This document shows, in pieces, positions 43,141-54,600 of a stretch of 64,000 nt of DNA. This DNA comes from Leptonemataceae bacterium. Its GTDB lineage: Bacteria > Spirochaetota > Leptospiria > Leptospirales > Leptonemataceae. Each line of letters opens with the position of its first letter. Position 1 is the stretch's first letter. The stretch lies in the NCBI GenBank assembly GCA_965227295.1, contig OZ245742.1:2304001-2368000 (forward strand). Reading direction: 5' to 3'. A program made the translations under genes and the position numbers. The notes under the pieces are model-generated. The model made no database searches, had not been told where the DNA came from, and saw only the letters and a list, made by a program, of their open reading frames with translations.

Positions 43141-43920
43141 TCAGCGATCATTGACCAGCATCTGCACCAGCGGCTGAAAGCGATCGTTGCCTCCCGGTTC
43201 CGGGTAGCGTGTATACGCCTTAACTTTCGATAAAGTTACCTCGGCCAGGGAGCCTTTGTGATCGAGGCTCACCCTGGCGCCGGTTTCGAGTTCGGTCCAG
43301 TTTTCGAATGTAAACTCGAGTCCCTTCAGCGGGAGAATCTGCACCCACATGTTCCAGCGTTGGGGCAGGCCGTTTTCGTCGGTGATGATTAAGTACGCAT
43401 CGCCGGGGGTTACGCCGCCGCTTTCGAAGGTGAGCAGCAGCGCGCGGTCGCCGGCTTTTTTCACGACGGCACCGGGAGCGTTGAAAGTGGCGAAGGGATT
43501 GAGCCAGAAGAAATCGTTCACGTGATACTTGCGCGCCAGTTCGAAGGCCTCGGCGGCTTCGGCTCCGTCCAGCCGGCGTTCACCGTTCTCGCCGCGCTGG
43601 AAGGCGACGTACTTTAAGCTGCGATTGTCGTAGAGGACGCGGGTTTCCCGGCCCCCGGCGCCGAAGATGACCTCGACGAAGTCGCGTTCGAAGTCGCGGA
43701 AGTGCCGGTTGCCGCGCAGGTCGAAGACGAAAGAAACCGCGGCGGTGTTCTGCCAGCGATTCAGGCGGACGGCGCGTTCGATTTTGTCCGCCAGGGCTTC
43801 GGCGTCCGGGCCGGCCTGGGCTTCCGGAATCTCCGGTTCGAGGACTTTCACGGTAACGATGACGATGAGGCCGCCGAAGATGAGGATGGCGAGCAGGGCG
43901 ATGAGGAGTTTGCGAATCAT
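43141..43920 (-). CDS. membrane-anchored hypothetical protein
   Basis: N-terminal TM; NDFFWLNP and GGVTPGDAY motifs. Confidence 0.7.
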   Translation of the reverse strand: MIRKLLIALLAILIFGGLIVIVTVKVLEPEIPEAQAGPDAEALADKIERAVRLNRWQNTAAVSFVFDLRGNRHFRDFERDFVEVIFGAGGRETRVLYDNRSLKYVAFQRGENGERRLDGAEAAEAFELARKYHVNDFFWLNPFATFNAPGAVVKKAGDRALLLTFESGGVTPGDAYLIITDENGLPQRWNMWVQILPLKGLEFTFENWTELETGARVSLDHKGSLAEVTLSKVKAYTRYPEPGGNDRFQPLVQMLVNDR

Positions 43921-44252
43921 GTGATTGTGGTGAGTCGCCGGAAGTCGCGCCAGATGATGCGCAGCGAGTCCACGGCGTCCTGAATGTTTAACTGAACCGG
44001 ATCGCCCTTATCGTCGCTTTTTTCAATCAAAATCAGGTGCGGGGCAAACATGCGGCCGGATTGTTCCGCTTCTTTTTGGGAAAGCGGACGCGCCTCGTAG
44101 CCGGGCAGGAGATTCACGGCGTTCAGGATCATTTCCCGGGCCTGGTGATCGTCCAGTTCGTCCTCACCGAGGGAGGCGAGTTCTTTGCGCAGCGCGTGGT
44201 AGACGACGAGGGCGAAGGCCCGGCTTTCCTTTTCTTTTTCGGACAGGGCCAC
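43917..44252 (-). CDS. hypothetical protein
   Basis: Operonic ORF with a 4-bp overlap to the next gene. Confidence 0.6.
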   Translation of the reverse strand: MALSEKEKESRAFALVVYHALRKELASLGEDELDDHQAREMILNAVNLLPGYEARPLSQKEAEQSGRMFAPHLILIEKSDDKGDPVQLNIQDAVDSLRIIWRDFRRLTTIT

Positions 44253-44264
44253 GCGATCTCGTTA

Positions 44265-44903
44265 TCAGCGCACGCAGCGTACGTAGTGTACGGTGTCTTT
44301 GCGCACGGTGTTCTCCGTGTTGAAGTTGTTCTCGGCGACGGCGTAGGCGTAGGCCTCGGAGCCGTCACTTTCGTTGGGATTGCCGGTGCCGGTCCAGAGG
44401 AACTTGTCGTCCGGCGTTTCGGGAAACCAGATCAGCAAATTGGAGCGCGTCTGGATGGTGGTCAGAAGGCCGCTCAGTTCGGTTTGTGACGGGAGGCGCC
44501 AGTCGTCGAATCCGGCGAAGGAGAGCTGGTCGCAGGAATCGAAGGCCGCGCCGGAGGTGGCCGTGGGGGCCACGGTGTTCGCGTCGGTGCAATCGGCGTA
44601 GTTGCCGGTGAGGGCGGCGCAGAAGGTCAGCGAGACCGCTCCGTAGACCGTGCCGCCGCCGGTGCCGGCGCAGTTGTTCAGGCCGCCGTTCCAGACCTGG
44701 CCCTGGACGCACTTCATCCAGGTGAGCCCGGTGTTCTGGGCGATGGTGCCGTTGTTGTTGTCCGTGAGCACACCGCTGATGGTCGCCAGGCTGAGGAGGC
44801 TGAGTTCCTCGTCGCCGTCCTCGCTTTCATCGCAGCCCGCCAGGAGCAGCGCCGCGGCCAGCGCCAGTATCCACAGAATCCGCTCTTTATTAGAAGATTT
44901 CAT
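44265..44903 (-). CDS. DUF1566 (Lcl C-terminal domain) lipoprotein
   Basis: LAGC lipobox; DNNNGT, TGLTWMKC, DWRLPSQTEL, terminal VRCVR. Confidence 0.88.
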   Translation of the reverse strand: MKSSNKERILWILALAAALLLAGCDESEDGDEELSLLSLATISGVLTDNNNGTIAQNTGLTWMKCVQGQVWNGGLNNCAGTGGGTVYGAVSLTFCAALTGNYADCTDANTVAPTATSGAAFDSCDQLSFAGFDDWRLPSQTELSGLLTTIQTRSNLLIWFPETPDDKFLWTGTGNPNESDGSEAYAYAVAENNFNTENTVRKDTVHYVRCVR

Positions 44904-45088
44904 AGTTCCACCGGGGATTTATACTAACATCGTCCATTTGACGAGATTTTCAAGTGAAAGATCGGGGGGCGATTCCTGCGATCGGGACGTTTTTACCGCG
45001 GAGACGCCGGGGGTTTGGAAGAAGCCGGAACGGTTATTCTACTTGCAGCATTCTCGGAAATTCGTCAGGAGGTTAATGTCGACTAATC

Positions 45089-45604
45089 ATGGGGCGATTC
45101 TCTCAAATGTCCGCTGTGTCGCTGTTTGCGGCAGTCCTGGTGTGTGCTCCGTTCGGCGCGCTCTTCGCCGCGGATGAGGCCGTGGACCCGTTTCTGCACG
45201 CCCAGGTGGCCGAGTTCCTGGCCGGGGAAAATCTCCCCGCGGACGACCTCTCGCTCCGCACGGACATCGACACCGAGCTGGACGAGGAGTTCGACGCGGC
45301 CTTCGAACAGTACCGCAAACTCCGCGCGCTCGTGGACCGCGAGGCCGAAGACGAGCAACGCAAAGAATCGTGGGGCTGGCAGTCGGGGTCCGCGCCGTTC
45401 GCGCTCGGTATCTTCGGCGACTCCGTGCCGTTTGCCATGCCGCCGCCTGCATCGCGGGCGCTCTTAGCTGAATCTCACACGTACTTAAGCAACTTCTCTT
45501 TCGCGGACGCGCAGGTTCTCGCCGCGATTCCGCTCCGGCCGGATGTGCCGGATCATCTTCGTAATTATCTGGCGAGGCTCCAGCACGCGGGGCCCGTTCA
45601 CTAA
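45089..45604 (+). CDS. secreted hypothetical protein upstream of the giant toxin
   Basis: Signal peptide ending ALFA; acidic helical body; 19 bp before the giant gene. Confidence 0.65.
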   Translation: MGRFSQMSAVSLFAAVLVCAPFGALFAADEAVDPFLHAQVAEFLAGENLPADDLSLRTDIDTELDEEFDAAFEQYRKLRALVDREAEDEQRKESWGWQSGSAPFALGIFGDSVPFAMPPPASRALLAESHTYLSNFSFADAQVLAAIPLRPDVPDHLRNYLARLQHAGPVH

Positions 45605-45623
45605 CTTTCTACGAGTAAACTCT

Positions 45624-48600
45624 ATGAATTTCCGTTTCGCATTCCCTCGATCATTCCTGTCCCTGCGGCGGCGCTATCGGCGCTTCGCCCGCAAATCCAG
45701 ACTCCACCGTCGTTCCCTCAGTTCGTTCATGTCACTGCTCTTTCTCGTGCAGTTCGTCCTCGCGCCGACGGGCGTCTTCGCGCAGACGTTCGATCGTCTC
45801 GATGAGGATGTGAACAAGAATCGCATCGGCGATTACGCGAACGCCGTCGAGGGCGCGGATGACGAGGATGATTGGAATGAGTTCGTCGGCAGCGGTGCGG
45901 ATTTGTTGCGCGCGGAGTGGGAGTATCGCGCGGATCTGTTGCTCGAACAGGAAGTGACTGCCGGCGCGGCGCGGGAAGACCTCGAAGCGGAGAAGGCCCT
46001 CGCTCGTGAAGCCTGGGAAGCGGAACTGGACGACGAGATCGATCAGCGGCGCGGTCGGTGGCGGGCACGCACGGCGGCGCAGTCCCTCGACTCGTTGCTC
46101 GATGACATCGATTACGACGAACTGGTCGCCGCGGTGAACGATGCGAACGCGCTCATGTTCACCGACGCGGACGATGCGGCGACTCGCGTGGCGGCGTGGG
46201 ACGCGATCGCGGGGAATCGCGCGGCGCTTGCGAAGGCGGCGTGGGAATCGCAGCTGGACGCGGAGATGGCGGCGCTGCAATCGCAGGGCGTCGCGCTGGG
46301 TGCCGAAGAACAGGCGGCGTTTCTGAGCGAGCTGGAGCGGCAGCGTTCGCTGGCGGAGTCTGTCTATAAATCCGAAGAGAGTGTTTTCGTAACTTCTGCG
46401 CGGCGTAAGTTTGTAACCGAGGCGAATGCCGGCGATGACCTGGCGCGGGCCCTGGCGCAGAGCACGGACCCCGCCGAGATCGCGCGTTTGCTCGTGCAGC
46501 AGACCGAGCTGGAGATGGAACGCCTGGGCGTGTTACCGGGCGATGTGCGGTTTGACGGTGTCGATGCGCAGTTGATTCTGACCGGCGCGGGGGATTATCA
46601 GGACCAGGTCTCGCAGGCGCTCGAGGCCGGGCAGTCGGCGTGGAAGTCGGCGATCGATGAGTTGATTGCGCGCAAGATCGGCTTTGATGAGCAGGTGGCG
46701 GCGTCGCGCCAGGCCGGGGAGAACCAGTGGGCGACGGCGTATACGACGATCTTAGATGCGCGTGAAACGTGGTTAGCGGACGTCGAGGCGCAGATTCAAC
46801 GTGGTCTCGAAGCCTGGGACGCGGCGGAGTCCGGGCTCGCGGAGAACCGGCAGCTCGCCGAAGAAGAACTCGCGCGGCTGATCGAGAGTGATCGGCGGGA
46901 GTTTCAGGAACACAACCGCGGCATCGGCCAGCTGGTGAGCGGGGCCTCGCAGACGCTCGAAACGATCGTCGAAAACCAGCGCTGGTTTCAACACAAGATC
47001 GCCGATCTCCAGGCCGACATCGTGCGTTTGAACGGGGAATCGGAGAGCTTCGCCGACGGCCTGGCCATCGGCGGCACGCCGGAGTGGACGGCCTGGTATA
47101 ACGCGCATCGGACGGATCATACGAACGCGGAGATGCAGGAGCGGCAGAATCGCATCAACGTCTATACCGGAGAACTGAACTACTGGAACAGCCTCGAAGC
47201 GGAGTACCGGCAGATCATTACGGACGCCGAGAGCGTCGTCCACGACCAGGACATGCGCGACGGCGGTAGCGGGCCCGGCTATTTTCACGATGACGGCACC
47301 GAGGGCGACGTGCTGCTCTTAACCGCCACGGAGTTTGAGTTAAAGCTGGCCCGGGCGCGCCTGGCGGTGCTCGAAGAAGAACGCAGTCGCGCGAAAGAGG
47401 TCTATGACTACGCGCTGGCCGCGACGAAGTTGAGCGCCGCGGAGATCGAGACGCAATTGGCGACCGCGAAGGACGCCTATGATCTGGCGGAGACCGAGTA
47501 TTTGACGGAACTCTCGGCGCTGAACGGCGGCGGTTCGCAGAGCCTTACGCGGGTGGGGCTCTCCGATGAAAGCAGTCGCGCGGCGGGGGAGACGACGGAC
47601 CTCGGCCCGACGCTGCTGGACGACGTGAACACGCGGGCGGCGGAACTGGAAACGGAGGCCCTGGAACTGGAGCGGGCGCGCACGGCCCTGGATAACGCGC
47701 GGCAGGCCTACGAACAAACCGTAAAGCTCCAGGTGTTAATTCAAAATCCGCAGATGTTAAGCGACATCGGCCTGTTGTCCACGGACCCGTACGAAGTCAA
47801 CGAGGACGGCGAGAACGAGGGCCTGCGCTACGAGATCTTCAAGGCCGAAAAGGATCTGGCCGAGGCGCGGGAAAAGATGCGCCAGCAGGAGAAGGCCTAC
47901 GTGCGCCTGCTGTACGAACGCGAGACGGCGCTGCGCAGTACGGGCTTTTTTAATCAGACCAACGAACGCATCATCTTACACGAGGAGACGAAGGATCGCC
48001 TGGCGGAGTTGAGCGCGATCATCGGCGGCGGCGATGCGCTCGAGGACAAACTCACGGCGCTCGCCGCGGGCACCACGCTTACGGATCTCTACGGCAACCA
48101 GGCGGCGGACGCGCTCCGGGATCGCATTACGGAACTGGCGGACGCTCTTGCGAACGCGGCCGGGCCGGTAACTTCGGAAACGCAGAACTTAAACACGGGC
48201 CTCGGCGACTTCGGGCCGGCCCACGCCGTGTTGGACGCGAACTTCACGGGGGCGGAGCGCGCAAGACTCACGCAGTACGCGGACCGGGTGGACGGCGTGC
48301 TGGACGCGCTTGCGGACATTAGCGGGCTCGACTGGACCGGTCTGGGTCTGCCGGACATGCGCGCGCTGGCGACTTCGCTCCGGGACCATTCGACGGAACC
48401 GGGCACGCTCGCCGCCGACTACAGCACAGCCTTTAATGATTTGCAAACAGAACTTACGGCGTACCAGGCCTACGCCGCGGCGAACGCGGGGGCCGAAGCG
48501 AGCGCGGACTACCAGGCGCGCACGGCGGCCGTGTTGATTGCGACGGATGAGTATCGCCTGGCGGCGGCACGCTACGAACAGCGTTACCAGCTCGCCCGGA

Positions 48601-51600
48601 GCGCGCAGGCGCAACTGGAGACGTTGCTGGATCGCGCGCTCACGAGCGGGCCGATTCTTACGGATGCAACGTTGACCGGGGACGCGCGGAGTGCGGCCCT
48701 CGCGACGATCACGGCGCAGAAAGACGAACACACGGCCGTGAAGGCGGAAGCGCTCGCGGCGATCGAGTCCGTGGACGCGGGTTTCGAGGCGCTGGTGGAG
48801 GCCTTTACGAATCACGGTGAACGGTTGGGCGAGTATCGCACGGCCCTCGGGGAACGCAATCTGGCCTACCGTGAGGCGGGGGATTTCTTAACCGAACTGC
48901 ACGAGAACTTACGCGGCAGCCTCGCGTCCCAGCGTTCGCAACTGGGTTTTCTGCTGGATGAGAACGCGGACGAGGCGTTGCTCGAATCCATGGACGCGGA
49001 ACACCGGCGGGGCCTCGCGACGGCGGCGGCGGAGACGAACCTGCGGGCGATCGAACTGCTCGAGGGTTATCTCGGCGTGGATCGTGACGTGAATGTGCTG
49101 TTGATTGAAGTGACCGAGGACATCAACCATCGTCTGGCAAACTATGACGCCACGGACGCGGGCCAGCGGCGGGAGCTGACGGCGCTGCGGGCCGTGGAGC
49201 AATACGTGGGGCGGAGCGCCAATCTGCTGGCGAATCTGTCGGAGGACGAGCGCGCGGAGTTGCTCGCGGGCCTGGCGGACGAGCGGGACTTCGCGATCGC
49301 TCTGCGGGATTTCTACGTTTCGGACGGCGTGATGGACGACGCCGAACAACTGGCGATTCGCAGCGGCGGCAACCCGGAAGAACGGCGGTTGCTGTCGGCG
49401 TACTTCAACCCGCCGGCGCAGATGATGTTCGGTGAGGCCGCCTTCGGCGCGACGGCGGCGGAATCGTACTTAACTTCTCAACACCGTAGGTTTGCGGAGC
49501 AGGTGCGCGCGGGGCTGATCCAGAGCGCGATTACGGATCGGTACCACGAGGAGCAGGAAAACAAGATCACCGGCCTGATCCAGGAAATGAAAACGGCCGT
49601 GCCGGCGCTCGCGAGTCTGTCCGCCTCGCAGCTCTACAACGACAGCGAACCGGTGGATCCGAGCGGCCTCGCTCACGATACGGACGCAGAGGACGCGCGC
49701 CGGGCGATTCTCGCCTCGCTTTTGAGTGCGGCGGGCAGCGAAACCGGCGATCGTCTGACGGCGTTGTATGACATTGCGCAGCTGGAAACGATCTACGGGC
49801 CGGCGATTGCCGTGGAAGTGTACACGGACCTCGCCCGGGTGGTGGACGGTTACGGGAGCGCCGGGCAAGAACTGGTGCGCGCGTCCCAGGCGATTGTCGA
49901 CCAGGCCGCGGAGTTCGACGCCGAAGTGGACGCGCTCTTAGATGCGTACGATGCAAAGTTAAGCTACGAAGGGCAACGGGATCGCGTGGCGGCGGCGCTG
50001 GCGCTTTTGGAGTACGAGGACCCGGCGAGCGGTTCGACGGCAGCCGTGGGGCAGGCGGACGTGGACGCGCACGTGGCGAACCTCGACATTCCCGGCGGCG
50101 ATGATCCGGCGGTGGATCATCCCGCGGACTGGACGCCGGTGGACGATACCGACGGGGACTCGCCGGGAGATGCGGGCTGGGATCCGTCGTACGAAACGGA
50201 AGTTTTTGTGCAGCCGTACGCGGGGCTCGACGCGAGCGAACTGGAACAGGATCGCGACGACCTGAATACAGCGCTCGCCGATTGGGACAACAAACGCACG
50301 GAGCTGGATACGGCGATTGCGACGTACCGCGCGGCGAAGGCGACGTTCGACGCGTTCGTGGCGGCGAACCCCGGCAGCGAGGGCACGCCGGCCTACGAGG
50401 CCGAGATTACGACCTATGCCGCAGCCGTGAACGATATGTACTTCGCGTACCGGGAGCATAATAACTTTTTTACGGCTCTCGAGTTCGTGGCGGAACGCAG
50501 TGCGGCTTCCGGGGCGACATTTTTCGCGGCGGCGCAGGCGATCGATGCGAGCGCCGTGGTAACCACGGAAGAGTCGGCGTTCTTAAGTGCGGCGGATGTA
50601 TTGTTAACGGAGCGGGACGACCGGGCGCAGACGGAGTTTGATTTTACGCAGGCCGCGGTGGACGTGGGCACGGCGCGCAACCGTTACACGGAGGCGGAGA
50701 GCGCGCTCGCGACGGAAACGACCGAGGCGGATGATTTTATTGCGGACCTGGGGGACCGGGTGGATGTACGGATCAGCGCGGTGAGCACGGACGCGGTGAG
50801 CGCGAATGAGTTGATCGACGTGCTTGCGGAGCTGCGCCGGTTTTTTACGGAGAAGCAGGCGCGCGGGGAGGAGATCAATCCGACCATCGTGAATTCGCTG
50901 GAAGCGGCCGGCCAGGTGCTGGACGAACTGGCAGCGCTCAAGGATTACCAGGCGCGGGGCGCGAGCGTGAGCGTGGAGGATGCGCGGCAGGAACGGACCG
51001 ACGCTCAGGAAGAGAGCGAGCAGATGCAAAAGTTCGGTGAGGTGCTGTTAGAGCTACAGCAGTTCATTGCGAACACGGAGGCGGCCGGCGCCGGCCTGCA
51101 CGAGCAGGGCGCGAAGATCAAAGAGCTGCTCGCGAAGTACGAGAAGGCTAAAGACGATTACGGCAGCGTGTATACGTTCAGCGCCGAAGTGGAAGACGCG
51201 ATGACGCTCTTGCGCGATCACGCCTGGGCGCAGCACAAACGGCAACTGGTGGACGCGTATCTTGCAAAGCGCGGGCAGCTGAGTGTGGACGAGTTCATGG
51301 AGGACGTGGTGGAGGGCCGCTTCTTTAGCCAGCCGGTGAACCCGAATCAGACGGAAGCGCCGACAGTAACGTTCGGCGGCGGGGTTGCGCCGGAAGCGGA
51401 AGAAATCAGCGGCGATTTCCTGGGCCAGACCCTCGACGCGGCGCAGCTAAGTGAGGTTCGCGCACTGTTAAGCGAGTACGCGGCGCGGGCGCGGATCGAC
51501 GACGCCGGCATTGTGGCGGACATTGACGCGTTGCTGGCGACGGAAGACGCGGCGGTGCGCGCGGCGATCGAAGACGAGGCACTGGTGACGGTCTTTAATA

Positions 51601-54600
51601 ACTTCAACAGCGCGAACGCCGTGGGGGTGGGCAATCATGCGCAGCTTCCGGATGTTTTGAAAAACTACGGCCTCGTGAGCGCGTATGAAAGTTACGCGGT
51701 GTTGCTGCAACTGGATCTGGACGACGCCGACGACCGTACGCTGGCGATGCAACGCTTCCTGGACACGATGACGACGGAGAACCGCGCGGCGGCGGAGCCG
51801 GTCTTAAGTGAATATCTTACGAACTTTGACGCGCGAAACCCTTCGTTTTACCTGCCGGCCGAATTGAAAGCGCGGCACGCGAAAGAGCGCTACTTTGCGA
51901 TGCGCTACACGGACGAGCTGAGCCCGGGGGACGTGACGGCGCTGAACGACTGGCTGGCCGCGGAGAAATACGACGCGGGCGTGAGCGGGGCCGTGGGTGA
52001 AGCGGTGCGCACGGCGTACATTCTGGATAACTACTATGGTGAGAGCGCCGACGATTACTTAGATTCTATTGATGCGGACTTAACGGCGCTCACCGGGACG
52101 GGGGTGAATGCGACGGAACGACAGGCGTTCGTGCTGGGGCTCACCGGATTGTTGAGCGCGGCCGGGGACGCGTACGTGGAGCCGGAGGCGATGATCGCGG
52201 GGGAGGTTGTGTATGACAACTTTACGTTCGCGGACAACACGCAGGCGTTGAAAGAGGCGCTGCGCAACGAACAGATCGCACACACGGTGGAGCTGGCCGC
52301 GGCCGAACGCGCGGCGGTGCGGGCCGGGTACTTTTATGATTATAAGAGCGGGGCGCGGACGATTCGTTCGTTCAAGAGTTATGTGAACATCGGCCTGGGC
52401 GGTCTCGCGGAACCGGACGAGGCGACGCAGATCGCGGGGCAACTGGCGGAGCTGGAACATCAGGCGGAGCACCGCCTGGGAGCGTTCGTGGGTTTGGTGG
52501 AGCAGTACTCGAGCTTCGCGTACAATCCGGACCCGGCGTACGACAACAACCTGAACATCCGCGATACGATCGCCGAGATCAATACGGACTTTGTGCTGCA
52601 AGACGGGCAGTACGCGAAGAACCCGGACGGCAGCTACGTTTTTGAAGGCGGCTTAAATAACACTCAGGTGCGGTTAGACGAGTACGTGAACGCGAACACG
52701 GCGGCGTTTACGGCGGCGGACCGCGACGCCTACGCCCAGGTGCAGAAGTGGGAAGGGCAGGTGGATCAACTGCAGGAGACGATCGTTACCGCCGGCCAGG
52801 AGGCGGTGATCGTGAGCAACGCCCTCGGGACCTACGGCTCGGACGTGGGGGCGATAACGAACGCATTGCAAGGCGCGCGGGAGGAGTTTGAGCAACGCGA
52901 GAGAGACTTCGGCGAGGCGGAAGAGGAGTACGAGAACGCCGAAGACAACCTGCGCGACGCGCGCAACGCGTATCGGGCGCAGCAGGAGCTGGTGCTCACG
53001 AATTACAATGCGCTAAAGTCGGCCGAGGAAGAGTTAGACCGGCTGAGCGGGCTGCATGATCAGGCGGTGCTGGAGGAGTACTCGCAGCAGACGAACGAGC
53101 AGGGCGAGGTGGAGACGATCGGCGATACACTGGAAACGGTGCAGGCGCGTTATGAAGCGGCGGACGAGGCTTATCAGACTCAACTGGAAAAGATCCAGGC
53201 GCTCGAAGAGAAGTTAGACCGGCAGGTGACGAAGGCGGAGCTGGCCGCGGCGGCGGAGGTGCAGACGAATCGCCAGGAGACGGAAGACTGGGCCATGCAC
53301 GCGATGCGGTTCTCGCGCGCCGAATCTATATTAGAAGATAAGATCAACGATCTGCATGTGCAGATCGACAACCTGAAAGGCCAGATGGAGTACGCGGGCC
53401 TGGGGCAACACTTTGATATATCGCGGAGTCGCTTCGTCGGCAAACGCCAGGACCTCGACGGATACCTGGATTACGGGAGCGCGGCCTACATCGACAGCGA
53501 ACGCATGCATCGCGCACGGTACCGACACTTAGAAGGATTTTTGCGCGGGGAGATTGGTCCGTGGGATTTGATTTACAGTTCGCTCGGCGGCATCTACGCG
53601 AAACCGTATCTGGGAGTGACGATCAACTTCACGGAGGCAAGCGGCGGAATATATTACACGGATGTACCGGGCTGGAGCGAGGGCCTGCGCGTAAACAGCG
53701 GCGGACGGTACGATCTCTACGGCTTTGCGCAGGAGTACAACCAGGGCAAGACCGGTACGAATGATATTCTTTTGAATCTTGTAAAGGATCAGTTTCCCAC
53801 CGCCTGGGACGGCGAGGCATGGGCGTATGCTCGCGCAACGACGGACGCGGCGAGTTTCAACAACGGCATGACGGCGTTGTACAACAGCGACGTCGCGGGA
53901 CAGGCGGTGATCTACGCGGCGATGGGCGCGGCGGGCCTGGGATTTCTGTTTCAGTTGTATGCGAAGGATACGGCTTTTAAGGATCAACTGGATCGTGCGA
54001 TGGATCGGCTGTACGGATTGCCGACGACGAACCTGGTGCAACAGGGCAACGAACTGAAGAACCTGTACGCGGAACTGCACCGGCTCACGGACATAGACAG
54101 CGTGGAGAAACTGCGGGACGTGCTGGACGATCCGGAGTACGGCTTAACCGCGGATGATGTGGCGTTAATCCAGGGCAGCGGAACGTTAGATCAACTGATC
54201 TGGAAGGGCGGCAAAGAGGACTTAAGCCTGGATGATGTGGTGGGCGCGAACGGCCTGCCGATTGCGCAGGATAAGGCGATTCATGATGAGTTTGGATTCT
54301 ACGTGCGGGACGGGGAGTTCAGCGCGGGGAACATAACCGCGAATCCGACGGGGACGGACAAGTACGGACGGAGAACCGCACTGATGGTGAGCGCCGATGA
54401 ATTCACGGACGCGCTTGCCGCGATGAGCCAGACACAGTATGAGATCGAACGCGAAGAGTATTTCAGAGCCGCGGAGACAATGACGGAAGACCGCGTTCAG
54501 GCGGACACGGTGACGATCCTGGATGAACGCGAAGAGTTCTATGGCACGTTGATGCAACAGGCCGCCAGCGTGGGCGTGCAGTTCGAGATGTACCGCGCAC

